Below, piece after piece: positions 57,331 to 64,000 of a DNA stretch of 64,000 nt (position 1 is its first letter; the number at the start of each line of letters is the position of its first letter). A model generated the notes under the pieces. It ran no database searches. It was not told the origin of the DNA and was given only the letters and a program-made list of their open reading frames with translations. The position numbers and the translations under genes are program-made. Origin of the DNA: a virus; the IMG/VR virus record IMGVR_UViG_3300042332_000818, positions 32,001 through 96,000 of that record. One strand, written 5' to 3'.

Positions 57331-57627
57331 ATGGAACAGAACAGTTCTAACATCTTAAAAGAAGTTAAAAGTTGGATTACTCCAGCTTTACTATCATTCG
57401 TCTCTATGATGCTGTATCAGAACATGCAAGAGATGAAAAGTGATATCAAGCTTCTTCTGAACCAAAGTGCTCAAGACAAAGTCCGCATTGATAATCTTGA
57501 GACAAGATTCTTGCGTATTGAGGATCAACTCTATAACAAAAAGACAAGAGAAGCTAAATTTGAGCTTCCTGACTTTGTATTATATAGAGAAGAACAAAAG
57601 AAAGTTAAACCAATAAAGTATGCTTAG
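57331..57627 (+). CDS. Membrane protein with coiled coil (holin/antiholin-like)
   Basis: One hydrophobic helix followed by a coiled coil. First gene of the + strand island. Confidence 0.5.
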   Translation: MEQNSSNILKEVKSWITPALLSFVSMMLYQNMQEMKSDIKLLLNQSAQDKVRIDNLETRFLRIEDQLYNKKTREAKFELPDFVLYREEQKKVKPIKYA

Positions 57628-57952
57628 GAGAATCAGCTTGCTCATTTTTGCTGTAATCATTGTAGGTCAGCTGTATCTTCTAAGAGAAGGACGCAAAACC
57701 TTGACTGAATTAGAGAATCTCAAGGAGCTCTCAGAACAAAAAGTGGATAGTCTAAGACTAGCCAATGATTCTCTAGATATCTTTACAGATGTGTTGGTTG
57801 TACAGGTTGACTCACTGGGTAGAGAGATCAACGCAGATGAAAAACAATTACAAAAAATCAAAAATGATTACAAGAAAAGAATTGACTCTATTAGTAAGCT
57901 TTCTAGTAATGAGCTTACCGAGTATTTCTCAAACCGTTATAACAACAACTAA
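57620..57952 (+). CDS. Putative inner-membrane spanin-like protein
   Basis: N-terminal TM helix and a long coiled coil. Confidence 0.55.
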   Translation: MLRRISLLIFAVIIVGQLYLLREGRKTLTELENLKELSEQKVDSLRLANDSLDIFTDVLVVQVDSLGREINADEKQLQKIKNDYKKRIDSISKLSSNELTEYFSNRYNNN

Positions 57953-58274
57953 AGACACCATCATCTGCCTACCGGTAGAAATGGCTAAAATGGTTGTTGT
58001 TGATTTAGAAGAAGGAGACCTTGTTCGTAAAGAGAACAAGATACTGTCTGATATTCTAACAAAGTTAAAGTCTCAGGTCACTATTCAAGACCAAATTATT
58101 CAGACCAAGGATCTTAAGATCAATAACTTGGAATCAATCATTACCGAGAAAGATAAGATTATCTCCATTTGTAATGAAGAAAAAACTATTATTCAGGGGA
58201 AAGTGAAGAAGTCCTTTGTTAGTGGTACTCTTGTTGGTATTGGTGTTGGGGCTTTAACTATTCTTCTCTTGTAG
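57864..58274 (+). CDS. Putative outer spanin-like partner
   Basis: Likely ATG at 57864, overlapping the previous gene. Signal PSIS|Q, a coiled coil and a C-terminal hydrophobic helix. Confidence 0.5.
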   Translation: MITRKELTLLVSFLVMSLPSISQTVITTTKDTIICLPVEMAKMVVVDLEEGDLVRKENKILSDILTKLKSQVTIQDQIIQTKDLKINNLESIITEKDKIISICNEEKTIIQGKVKKSFVSGTLVGIGVGALTILLL

Positions 58275-58306
58275 GTGAAGCATACTGATGCACGATATAG
58301 TATTGC

Positions 58307-58903
58307 TTAAAGGGGGTCTGTTAGATCCCCTTTCTTTTTTATAGCCTCATCAATAAGATTTAGTTTCTCTTGATGTGTTAAAGCTTTCTTAAGAATACTT
58401 TTAATAGAACGTATAGTACCTTCTAGTTTATCTAGTTTTCTTTGCCGGGTCTTCTCCTCCCTCTTAAGTTGCTCCATATAGTCAATGCTTTGCTTTGACA
58501 GATCAATATAAGAGTTGCTAGCTTTTACAACCAGCTTAGAAATGTTTTGTACTATAAAGCAGCAGTGATCATAGTATGTACGATACTCAGGAAAGCTTCT
58601 ATAGTAAATCTCATGGTTCTTGTTTTGATGTATAACAGTAGCATGATCTTTACCTATGGCATTTCCGATAGATGCTAATGAAAAAGCTGTGTACTTTCTA
58701 ATGGAATTAGAAATAGAAGCTCTTACAAGCAAAGATCCGGTCTTTCTACTACCGTCATCTTCAGCATCATAAGTATAGTACAGTACCCTCTCTAAATATA
58801 GTTTTAATATTTTAGGAGAGTAGTTTGTTACCAGATAATTGATGTCTGATTGACTGAGGTCAAATAGTCGTTCACCTGATTGAATAGATTGTTGCTGTTC
58901 CAT
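58307..58903 (-). CDS. DnaA C-terminal-like HTH protein
   Basis: 'FSLASIGNAIGKDHATVIHQ' matches the DnaA domain IV signature (SL..IG....DH.TV.H). Confidence 0.7.
   Translation of the reverse strand: MEQQQSIQSGERLFDLSQSDINYLVTNYSPKILKLYLERVLYYTYDAEDDGSRKTGSLLVRASISNSIRKYTAFSLASIGNAIGKDHATVIHQNKNHEIYYRSFPEYRTYYDHCCFIVQNISKLVVKASNSYIDLSKQSIDYMEQLKREEKTRQRKLDKLEGTIRSIKSILKKALTHQEKLNLIDEAIKKKGDLTDPL
58309..58340 (+). terminator. Intrinsic terminator for the + strand island
   Basis: AAAGGGGGTCT-GTT-AGATCCCCTTT followed by CTTTTTT. Confidence 0.7.
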
Positions 58904-59547
58904 CTAGATTCTTTATTATAAGCAGCGCTAGCAGGATGGCTCACGTGAATCTTGTGATTTGTATCATAGATAAAATCATCCCATTCTTGAGCCTTCTTAC
59001 CAAGCATTACATAAACAATACCTTCGTTCTTGTATGCAAGATAATCTAGAACATAGGCAATGAAGTCTGACCAAAGATCATAATGCTTACCGATTTCTCC
59101 AACGTTAGTTGTGAGAGCACAGTTAATCATCAATAAACCTTGATTAGACCATCGTTTAAGATCTGCAGATTGTACAGGATCTCTTTGATCTTCAGGTACT
59201 GTCAAGGATATCTCCTTTAGCATGTACCTTAAAGACGCTTCCGGATACTTAGTATTCCCGCAAGAGAATGCTATTCCGTCAGCTACATTAAATTGTGGAT
59301 AGGGGTCCTGTCCAATCATTACAACCTTTACAGTGTTTGCAGGGCATTCTTGAAACGCTCTAAAAACATTTTTAAGGGGAGGTGTAATTCTTTTACCCTC
59401 ATTACGTAATTTTACTAGCTCATTTAGAAGAGTTTGAAAACTATCTCCCAGTAAGTATGTGCGTAATGCTTCATCCCAACCGGTACCTTTTAGCTTTTCA
59501 TAAAGCTTCTGAGCTATTTCTACAGTATTAACTTCAACGTTTGTCAT
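58828..59547 (-). CDS. ung: Uracil-DNA glycosylase (family 1)
   Basis: GQDPYP, ADGIAFS, WSNQGLLMIN and SHPAS. Confidence 0.93.
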   Translation of the reverse strand: MTNVEVNTVEIAQKLYEKLKGTGWDEALRTYLLGDSFQTLLNELVKLRNEGKRITPPLKNVFRAFQECPANTVKVVMIGQDPYPQFNVADGIAFSCGNTKYPEASLRYMLKEISLTVPEDQRDPVQSADLKRWSNQGLLMINCALTTNVGEIGKHYDLWSDFIAYVLDYLAYKNEGIVYVMLGKKAQEWDDFIYDTNHKIHVSHPASAAYNKESRWNSNNLFNQVNDYLTSVNQTSIIW

Positions 59548-59824
59548 GGCAACTATTCCAACAATTAAAGAGGATTCAATTATTACGATTCAAGTAAATG
59601 GATCTTTCTATGCAAGAGTTCAGCACTTGATTATGTACATGCTTGAGTCTCTTGAACCACAAAGAATCCAGGAAATCTTTGATAAGATTAACGGTGATAA
59701 GATTGATGAGCCTCTTGCTGCACACATTCAAACATTAGTTGTCCTAATGAATGAGATTGAGCGTGAAGCTACAGAACAAGGAAAGGTTGAAGAGACTGAG
59801 ATTGAAGACTCACTAGAGGCTTAA
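59546..59824 (+). CDS. Acidic hypothetical protein on the opposite strand
   Basis: 92-aa ORF filling the gap between ung and the NinB-like gene, with natural-looking helical composition. Confidence 0.65.
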   Translation: MATIPTIKEDSIITIQVNGSFYARVQHLIMYMLESLEPQRIQEIFDKINGDKIDEPLAAHIQTLVVLMNEIEREATEQGKVEETEIEDSLEA

Positions 59825-60187
59825 TCCCAACTGTTCACCAAGAGTTACCGCTGCTTGAATACAAGCAGATAGTTCATCTCTGTTCATATCACCAAAAGAT
59901 TTCACATCACCACCTTCAGATGAGATGATAATGAAACCGGCTTTCTGTTTAACATAGAGTTTAACGTCTTCGAAATCCTGGCCGGTGTAGTTAGAAATCT
60001 CTCTGATGGTGGCGTGAAGTTTATTCACTTGTTGTCTTGTACCCTCTGCGGTTACAGCACTAAAGCTGACTTCAACAATCACGTCTTTATCAAGATTGCT
60101 AACAAATTCTCTATATAGAGATTTATGAGCAAGAGAAACCGGCACAAGACCGGTCTCTCCTTTTTTCATTTTAATAGTAAAGCTCAT
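59813..60187 (-). CDS. NinB/Orf-like recombination protein
   Basis: 'TRQQVNKLHATIREIS...KSFGDMNRDELS..I'. Confidence 0.6.
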   Translation of the reverse strand: MSFTIKMKKGETGLVPVSLAHKSLYREFVSNLDKDVIVEVSFSAVTAEGTRQQVNKLHATIREISNYTGQDFEDVKLYVKQKAGFIIISSEGGDVKSFGDMNRDELSACIQAAVTLGEQLGLSL

Positions 60188-61275
60188 CGTTCCAAGTAAG
60201 TTATTTTATTTGGATCAATAGACTTAAGCGCTTCTTGTACCCATTTAGTATCAACGGTATCTCTGTAGCATAGGATATGAATGTTGGATACCATATCAGG
60301 ATTAAGACGCAGTAGTCGTCCGATTCTCTGATTGGTTTTACGTTCATTACCATATGCATGCATAATGATACCGGTATCTAAATGTGGTATAGTAACACCC
60401 TCATTTAATTGATCTACACAACTAAGCTTATCAATTTCACCGTCTTTAAACAGTGTGAGGTTAGCTTCAGATTTATAATTACTGCTGTGATAGCTGTGCT
60501 TACAAATTCTATCAGCCTGTGCTTGAGTATTACAGAAGACAATAGTCTTACCACCAAGCTCTGATAATAAGCTTTTAGCATATTTCTCTTTAGTGTTGAA
60601 CTGCTTTAAGGCAGTCATCCTATTAATGATAGCAAACTGATACTCTTGGGTACCTTGTACGCTATTCATTATTCTACTGCTTGCATAAGCGTATCTCTCT
60701 TTTTCTGAAGTTTTAAACGATTTACCGTTCTTCATATTGACTTTAAAGTCTTTTACTTCAGAAAGAGAAAGCATATGTACTATGATTCTGTAATCATTTA
60801 GGATGTTAGCGTTGACTGCTTCATCCACCTTATAACGAAATACAATAGGACAATACTGATTTACCATCTTAGCTTTTTCGGTAAACTGTCTCACTGGAGG
60901 AGTACCGGTCAAACCTAAGATCTTACCCTTATATGTATCAAGAAAGTCTTTGTGTGAATACAAAAGACTATGACACTCATCAAGGTATACTACAGTATAT
61001 TTTAAAGGATCTTTCTTGCCTAATGATAGATAAGTAGTAAAATCAATCTTATCTAGCAGATACTGCATTTTAAATTTAGCAGCATCATCTTTCCAAGATT
61101 GAAAGATTGATACTTTAGGAGCTACTACAAGAAATCTTGCATTAGTATTGTAATGAGAAGCCATATGTGTAAGACCAATTAAAGTCTTACCGACACCCAT
61201 TGAGATACCAAGACCACAACGGAAGTGTTTGTTAGCTTCAACAATCGCTTCCGATTGGACTCTGTCTCTAGACAT
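60184..61275 (-). CDS. Superfamily 2 helicase (DExH)
   Basis: MGVGKT, LDECH, GLTGT, LNEGV and QRIGRLLR. Confidence 0.9.
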   Translation of the reverse strand: MSRDRVQSEAIVEANKHFRCGLGISMGVGKTLIGLTHMASHYNTNARFLVVAPKVSIFQSWKDDAAKFKMQYLLDKIDFTTYLSLGKKDPLKYTVVYLDECHSLLYSHKDFLDTYKGKILGLTGTPPVRQFTEKAKMVNQYCPIVFRYKVDEAVNANILNDYRIIVHMLSLSEVKDFKVNMKNGKSFKTSEKERYAYASSRIMNSVQGTQEYQFAIINRMTALKQFNTKEKYAKSLLSELGGKTIVFCNTQAQADRICKHSYHSSNYKSEANLTLFKDGEIDKLSCVDQLNEGVTIPHLDTGIIMHAYGNERKTNQRIGRLLRLNPDMVSNIHILCYRDTVDTKWVQEALKSIDPNKITYLER

Positions 61276-61456
61276 TTTTTAATTTATGTTTTAGTTCAAG
61301 ATCAGCATGTATGCTGAGTTTATACTTATCTCTATTCGCTGTTATGTAGTTTTTTAACACATGTGGATCTTGCGCAATCCACTGCATAATACTACGTTTA
61401 GTTTCGTTGATTGTCAGGTAATCGTTGTTAGCGAGTTTGATAAGTTCTAATCTCAT
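61268..61456 (-). CDS. Hypothetical protein
   Basis: 62-aa ORF coupled to its neighbours. Confidence 0.55.
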   Translation of the reverse strand: MRLELIKLANNDYLTINETKRSIMQWIAQDPHVLKNYITANRDKYKLSIHADLELKHKLKNV

Positions 61457-61854
61457 AATCTGTTTTCTGAAAAACCTAATTCTTTGGCTTCTGTAGGGTG
61501 AGTTTCAATCCAAGTATGGCAAATTCTACACACTGGAAGCCAGGTTGTTGTAATCAAATAGTATTTACCTCGGCCGGCTTTATGATGCACATCTGTAGCA
61601 ACATTAGTACAACCGGGAACTTTTGCTCTGCATACCGGATGAAGAGTCAGGTAATCCTTTCTTAATTTGGAATATACCTGATCTTCTCCAGCTTTCTTGG
61701 AAGATTTGGCAGGAATCTTTTTTGCAGGTGTGATGCGTCCAGCACACTCTTTACAATAACGGTCCCTACCAATTGTCTTCCATATGTATTGCTCAGTCTC
61801 ACAACCAGAGCACATTTTCTTTTTAGCCTTCATCATCGTCTGAGTCTTCGTCAT
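61453..61854 (-). CDS. HNH endonuclease-like Zn-finger protein
   Basis: CxxC pairs and 'DVHHKAGR...VCRICHTWIE.HP'. Confidence 0.75.
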   Translation of the reverse strand: MTKTQTMMKAKKKMCSGCETEQYIWKTIGRDRYCKECAGRITPAKKIPAKSSKKAGEDQVYSKLRKDYLTLHPVCRAKVPGCTNVATDVHHKAGRGKYYLITTTWLPVCRICHTWIETHPTEAKELGFSENRL

Positions 61855-62194
61855 CTAAGTCTTCAGTCTCAACTACAAACTCACCAGACTCAGCTTCAGC
61901 AATCATAGCTTCAATCTTGTTATAGAGTTCAGGCTCAGAATCTTTGATGAGCTCTACAATAGGTGCTAATGATTTTTCAATTGACATGTACATCTGTACT
62001 ACAGGGATTTCCATGATGATCTGTAAATCATCATCTGTAATCTTTGTTTCAGTTTGTACATCCCCAAAGCCGATTGTAATCTTTCGGGTAGAATAACCTT
62101 CAAGAATAAGATCGTTAACATAATCAGCATACTTCTTAAGTCTCAGGTAGATAAAAACAATTTGTTCATTTGTTAGTCCGGCAAGTTGTGACAT
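61823..62194 (-). CDS. Acidic hypothetical protein
   Basis: 123 aa with a D/E-rich tail. Confidence 0.65.
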   Translation of the reverse strand: MSQLAGLTNEQIVFIYLRLKKYADYVNDLILEGYSTRKITIGFGDVQTETKITDDDLQIIMEIPVVQMYMSIEKSLAPIVELIKDSEPELYNKIEAMIAEAESGEFVVETEDLDDEDSDDDEG

Positions 62195-62196
62195 TA

Positions 62197-62574
62197 TTAT
62201 TTCAGGTTTAAGAAATTAGGTCCTAGAACTCCGGACTCAAGTAATGCAGTGACAATATCATCTTTGGTGACTTCCAATAGTTTATCATCTAGAGCAACAC
62301 GTAAGTCTGGTTGTGTAAAGATAACTCTTTCTGATTGGAGTTGATCATATACATTACCACGACTAAAGAACAAGTTTAAAACATTGTTAGACTTCTCTAC
62401 AAGCTTTTGATAGCGAAGAGTTTGAATAATCAGATTAGCTTTCTTACTAACCTTTCTTATTCTATCTTTCTTTTCTTTGGTCATAAGACCAATTTGTTCT
62501 GGTGTGTAGATCCGAAGACCTAAGATAGCTCTCTTATAGTAAAACGTTTGAGTTTTATTAAGAATAAATTTCAT
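62197..62574 (-). CDS. Basic hypothetical protein
   Basis: 125-aa ORF. Confidence 0.65.
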   Translation of the reverse strand: MKFILNKTQTFYYKRAILGLRIYTPEQIGLMTKEKKDRIRKVSKKANLIIQTLRYQKLVEKSNNVLNLFFSRGNVYDQLQSERVIFTQPDLRVALDDKLLEVTKDDIVTALLESGVLGPNFLNLK

Positions 62575-62590
62575 GTGGTGTGGAGTTTAA

Positions 62591-62625
62591 ATAAGAGGGC
62601 CCCCATATTTCAGAGGGCCCCTTAT
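62591..62625 (-). terminator. Hairpin / probable terminator
   Basis: The minus strand reads ATAAGGGGCCCTC...GGGGGCCCTCTTATTT. Confidence 0.5.
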
Positions 62626-62627
62626 CA

Positions 62628-63110
62628 TTAAATATCAAACACGTTCTCGTCTGCTTCAACAAGATTTTGTACTGAAGGAACAACATTAGAAAGCTTTTGA
62701 ACTGCTAATGCCTGACGGATTTCTTCAGTATTGTCATGAGCCACAAGAATATCCTTTTGTGTCATGTCTTCAGTGAAAAAAGTCTTACGGTAAACCGGTT
62801 GACCTTTAACTGAACAAATTACACCTGTAGATCCTGCAACTTTAATGTCACGATCCTCAGTTGTAAATGGAGTAAGTTGCTCACGAATTACAATTTGACC
62901 ATTTAAAACTTGTCCTGCAGCAAAATTAAATGCTTCCAGTACGTTTAGCTCACCAACAATTAAAGTACTAACAGACTTGTTTTGAGCAAAGTTATTAGCA
63001 ATAGTCAATTTGTCTTGACGAAGAGTAATCCAACCGAAGTTAGGGTTATTCTTAGAAACATTGATAACAGAACCGTTATCGTCACCAGCAATGTAAACAG
63101 AATTTGTCAT
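62628..63110 (-). CDS. Hypothetical protein, beta-rich (possible OB-like)
   Basis: 160-aa ORF with an acidic-aromatic end (ENVFDI), bracketed by hairpins. Confidence 0.65.
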   Translation of the reverse strand: MTNSVYIAGDDNGSVINVSKNNPNFGWITLRQDKLTIANNFAQNKSVSTLIVGELNVLEAFNFAAGQVLNGQIVIREQLTPFTTEDRDIKVAGSTGVICSVKGQPVYRKTFFTEDMTQKDILVAHDNTEEIRQALAVQKLSNVVPSVQNLVEADENVFDI

Positions 63111-63121
63111 GATTTTAAAAT

Positions 63122-63148
63122 AAAAAAAGCCTGCTATTTCTAGCAGGC
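63122..63148 (-). terminator. Intrinsic terminator
   Basis: The minus strand reads GCCTGCTA-GAAA-TAGCAGGC-TTTTTTT. Confidence 0.8.
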
Positions 63149-63171
63149 AGGTTAAAGTTTGATTTGAAGTT

Positions 63172-63447
63172 TTAGTTATCGTCTCTATGAAAGTACTCGT
63201 CTTTCAACTTTTCTTCTAATGGAATGTCTGGGAGTTCAAGATCAATCTCTTCAATCAGTTCATCCCATTCCTCTATATCATCAAGCACCATAGCTCCGGG
63301 TTTTTGTAGCACAGATCCAAAGAAAGGATTGTCAATATTCTCTCCGTAGTTTGTAGATATAAGGGAGCGCAACTCTTCATCCGTCAGATCAAAATATTGT
63401 TCTGTGGATAATTCTATTACTCTCCCATCCGGTAATTGATATAGCAT
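63172..63447 (-). CDS. Acidic hypothetical protein
   Basis: 91 aa, 'MLYQLPDGRVIELSTEQY...NPFFGS'. Confidence 0.7.
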   Translation of the reverse strand: MLYQLPDGRVIELSTEQYFDLTDEELRSLISTNYGENIDNPFFGSVLQKPGAMVLDDIEEWDELIEEIDLELPDIPLEEKLKDEYFHRDDN

Positions 63448-63467
63448 ATTGTCATGACTTTACATTA

Positions 63468-63479
63468 TAAAGTTAGACA
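63468..63479 (-). promoter_or_regulatory. Putative - strand promoter element TGTCTAACTTTA
   Basis: Identical to 34359-34370, with the same spacing to the start codon. Confidence 0.5.
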
Positions 63480-63545
63480 TATACGCATTTGTTATTAGAT
63501 AATAGTAAACGATAACATTAAATAAATTGCAGTAATAAAGCTATA

Positions 63546-63917
63546 TTAAGATAATCTAGCGTTAATTAAAGGATGCATCTCCAATGAACGCATGATTTCA
63601 AGTCTCACTACAGACCTGAAAGGAAAAACTTGTTGTTCTTGAGCAAAATTTGACTCAAGAGTAAACTGTGCTTTTCCATCTATACCCCAATGAATTTCGG
63701 TAATATTGTTATACAACATACTACCTCCGTTCTTTAGAGTAACTTGGCAATCAAAACCTAGATTACCATTTTCGCAAATAATTTCTGTCTCTACAGCATT
63801 ATAAATAGGCCGACCAAGAAACAAAAATTCTGGTTTATGAGTAACACGATCTAGAACCTTAATATCATCAATATTACGGTTCATAGAGTAGTACTCAGCT
63901 GACTTTGAGCGTTCCAT
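63546..63917 (-). CDS. Hypothetical protein
   Basis: ORF of up to 123 aa. The start is uncertain. Confidence 0.55.
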   Translation of the reverse strand: MERSKSAEYYSMNRNIDDIKVLDRVTHKPEFLFLGRPIYNAVETEIICENGNLGFDCQVTLKNGGSMLYNNITEIHWGIDGKAQFTLESNFAQEQQVFPFRSVVRLEIMRSLEMHPLINARLS

Positions 63918-64000
63918 CAGGTAACAAAATTAACTCATGTCCACAGAATAAACACTCATAATTATTATCAGTTATTTGCTCTACCATCTTTGTTTCAAGA

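Noticed and set aside
1-64000. Stop-codon reassignment, as in some crAss-like phages
   Set aside because: Very long ORFs and tight gene packing are intact under the standard code, with no sign of TAG/TGA-fragmented genes.
1-64000. tRNA, rRNA, CRISPR array, integrase/transposase, reverse transcriptase/DGR, introns or inteins
   Set aside because: None was recognisable by eye. PolB, DnaB and primase are compact with no apparent insertions. A tRNAscan/Infernal run would be needed to exclude RNA genes fully.
63895-64000. Possible 3' end of a small CxxC ORF entering from beyond the window
   Set aside because: Too short and truncated to support as a feature.

Overview
This window is 64 kb of an AT-rich, crAss-like (Crassvirales-related) dsDNA phage genome. 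It probably infects a Bacteroidota host, judged from a T9SS-type C-terminal sorting domain, Gln+1 signal peptides and TAnnTT(T)G-like promoter elements. The + strand (1-42.5 kb) carries tail ring/muzzle-like genes, three modular cargo-like proteins punctuated by xxxGG motifs, and three giant ejection-type proteins, one a 4492-aa virion RNA polymerase candidate (DFDAD plus HExxH). It then carries a six-gene envelope cassette, a holin with a GH19 endolysin, and PhoH. The - strand (42.6-64 kb) carries replication and recombination genes (PolB, primase, DnaB, SF2 helicase, UDG, nucleases, MoxR-vWA), interrupted by a + strand spanin-like trio. The most striking element is the 34.4-40.5 kb cassette: a cohesin-dockerin-cohesin-T9SS protein, a PA14-dockerin protein, a CsgG-like lipoprotein, a second CsgG-fold-like protein, a Gly/Ser-stalked beta-barrel and a membrane protein. 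It looks like a phage-encoded host-surface assembly system. Also notable are the xxxGG-delimited polyproteins and two GC-rich, structured-RNA-like elements that share a 13-nt sequence. All family assignments come from recognising motifs by eye; no database searches were run.
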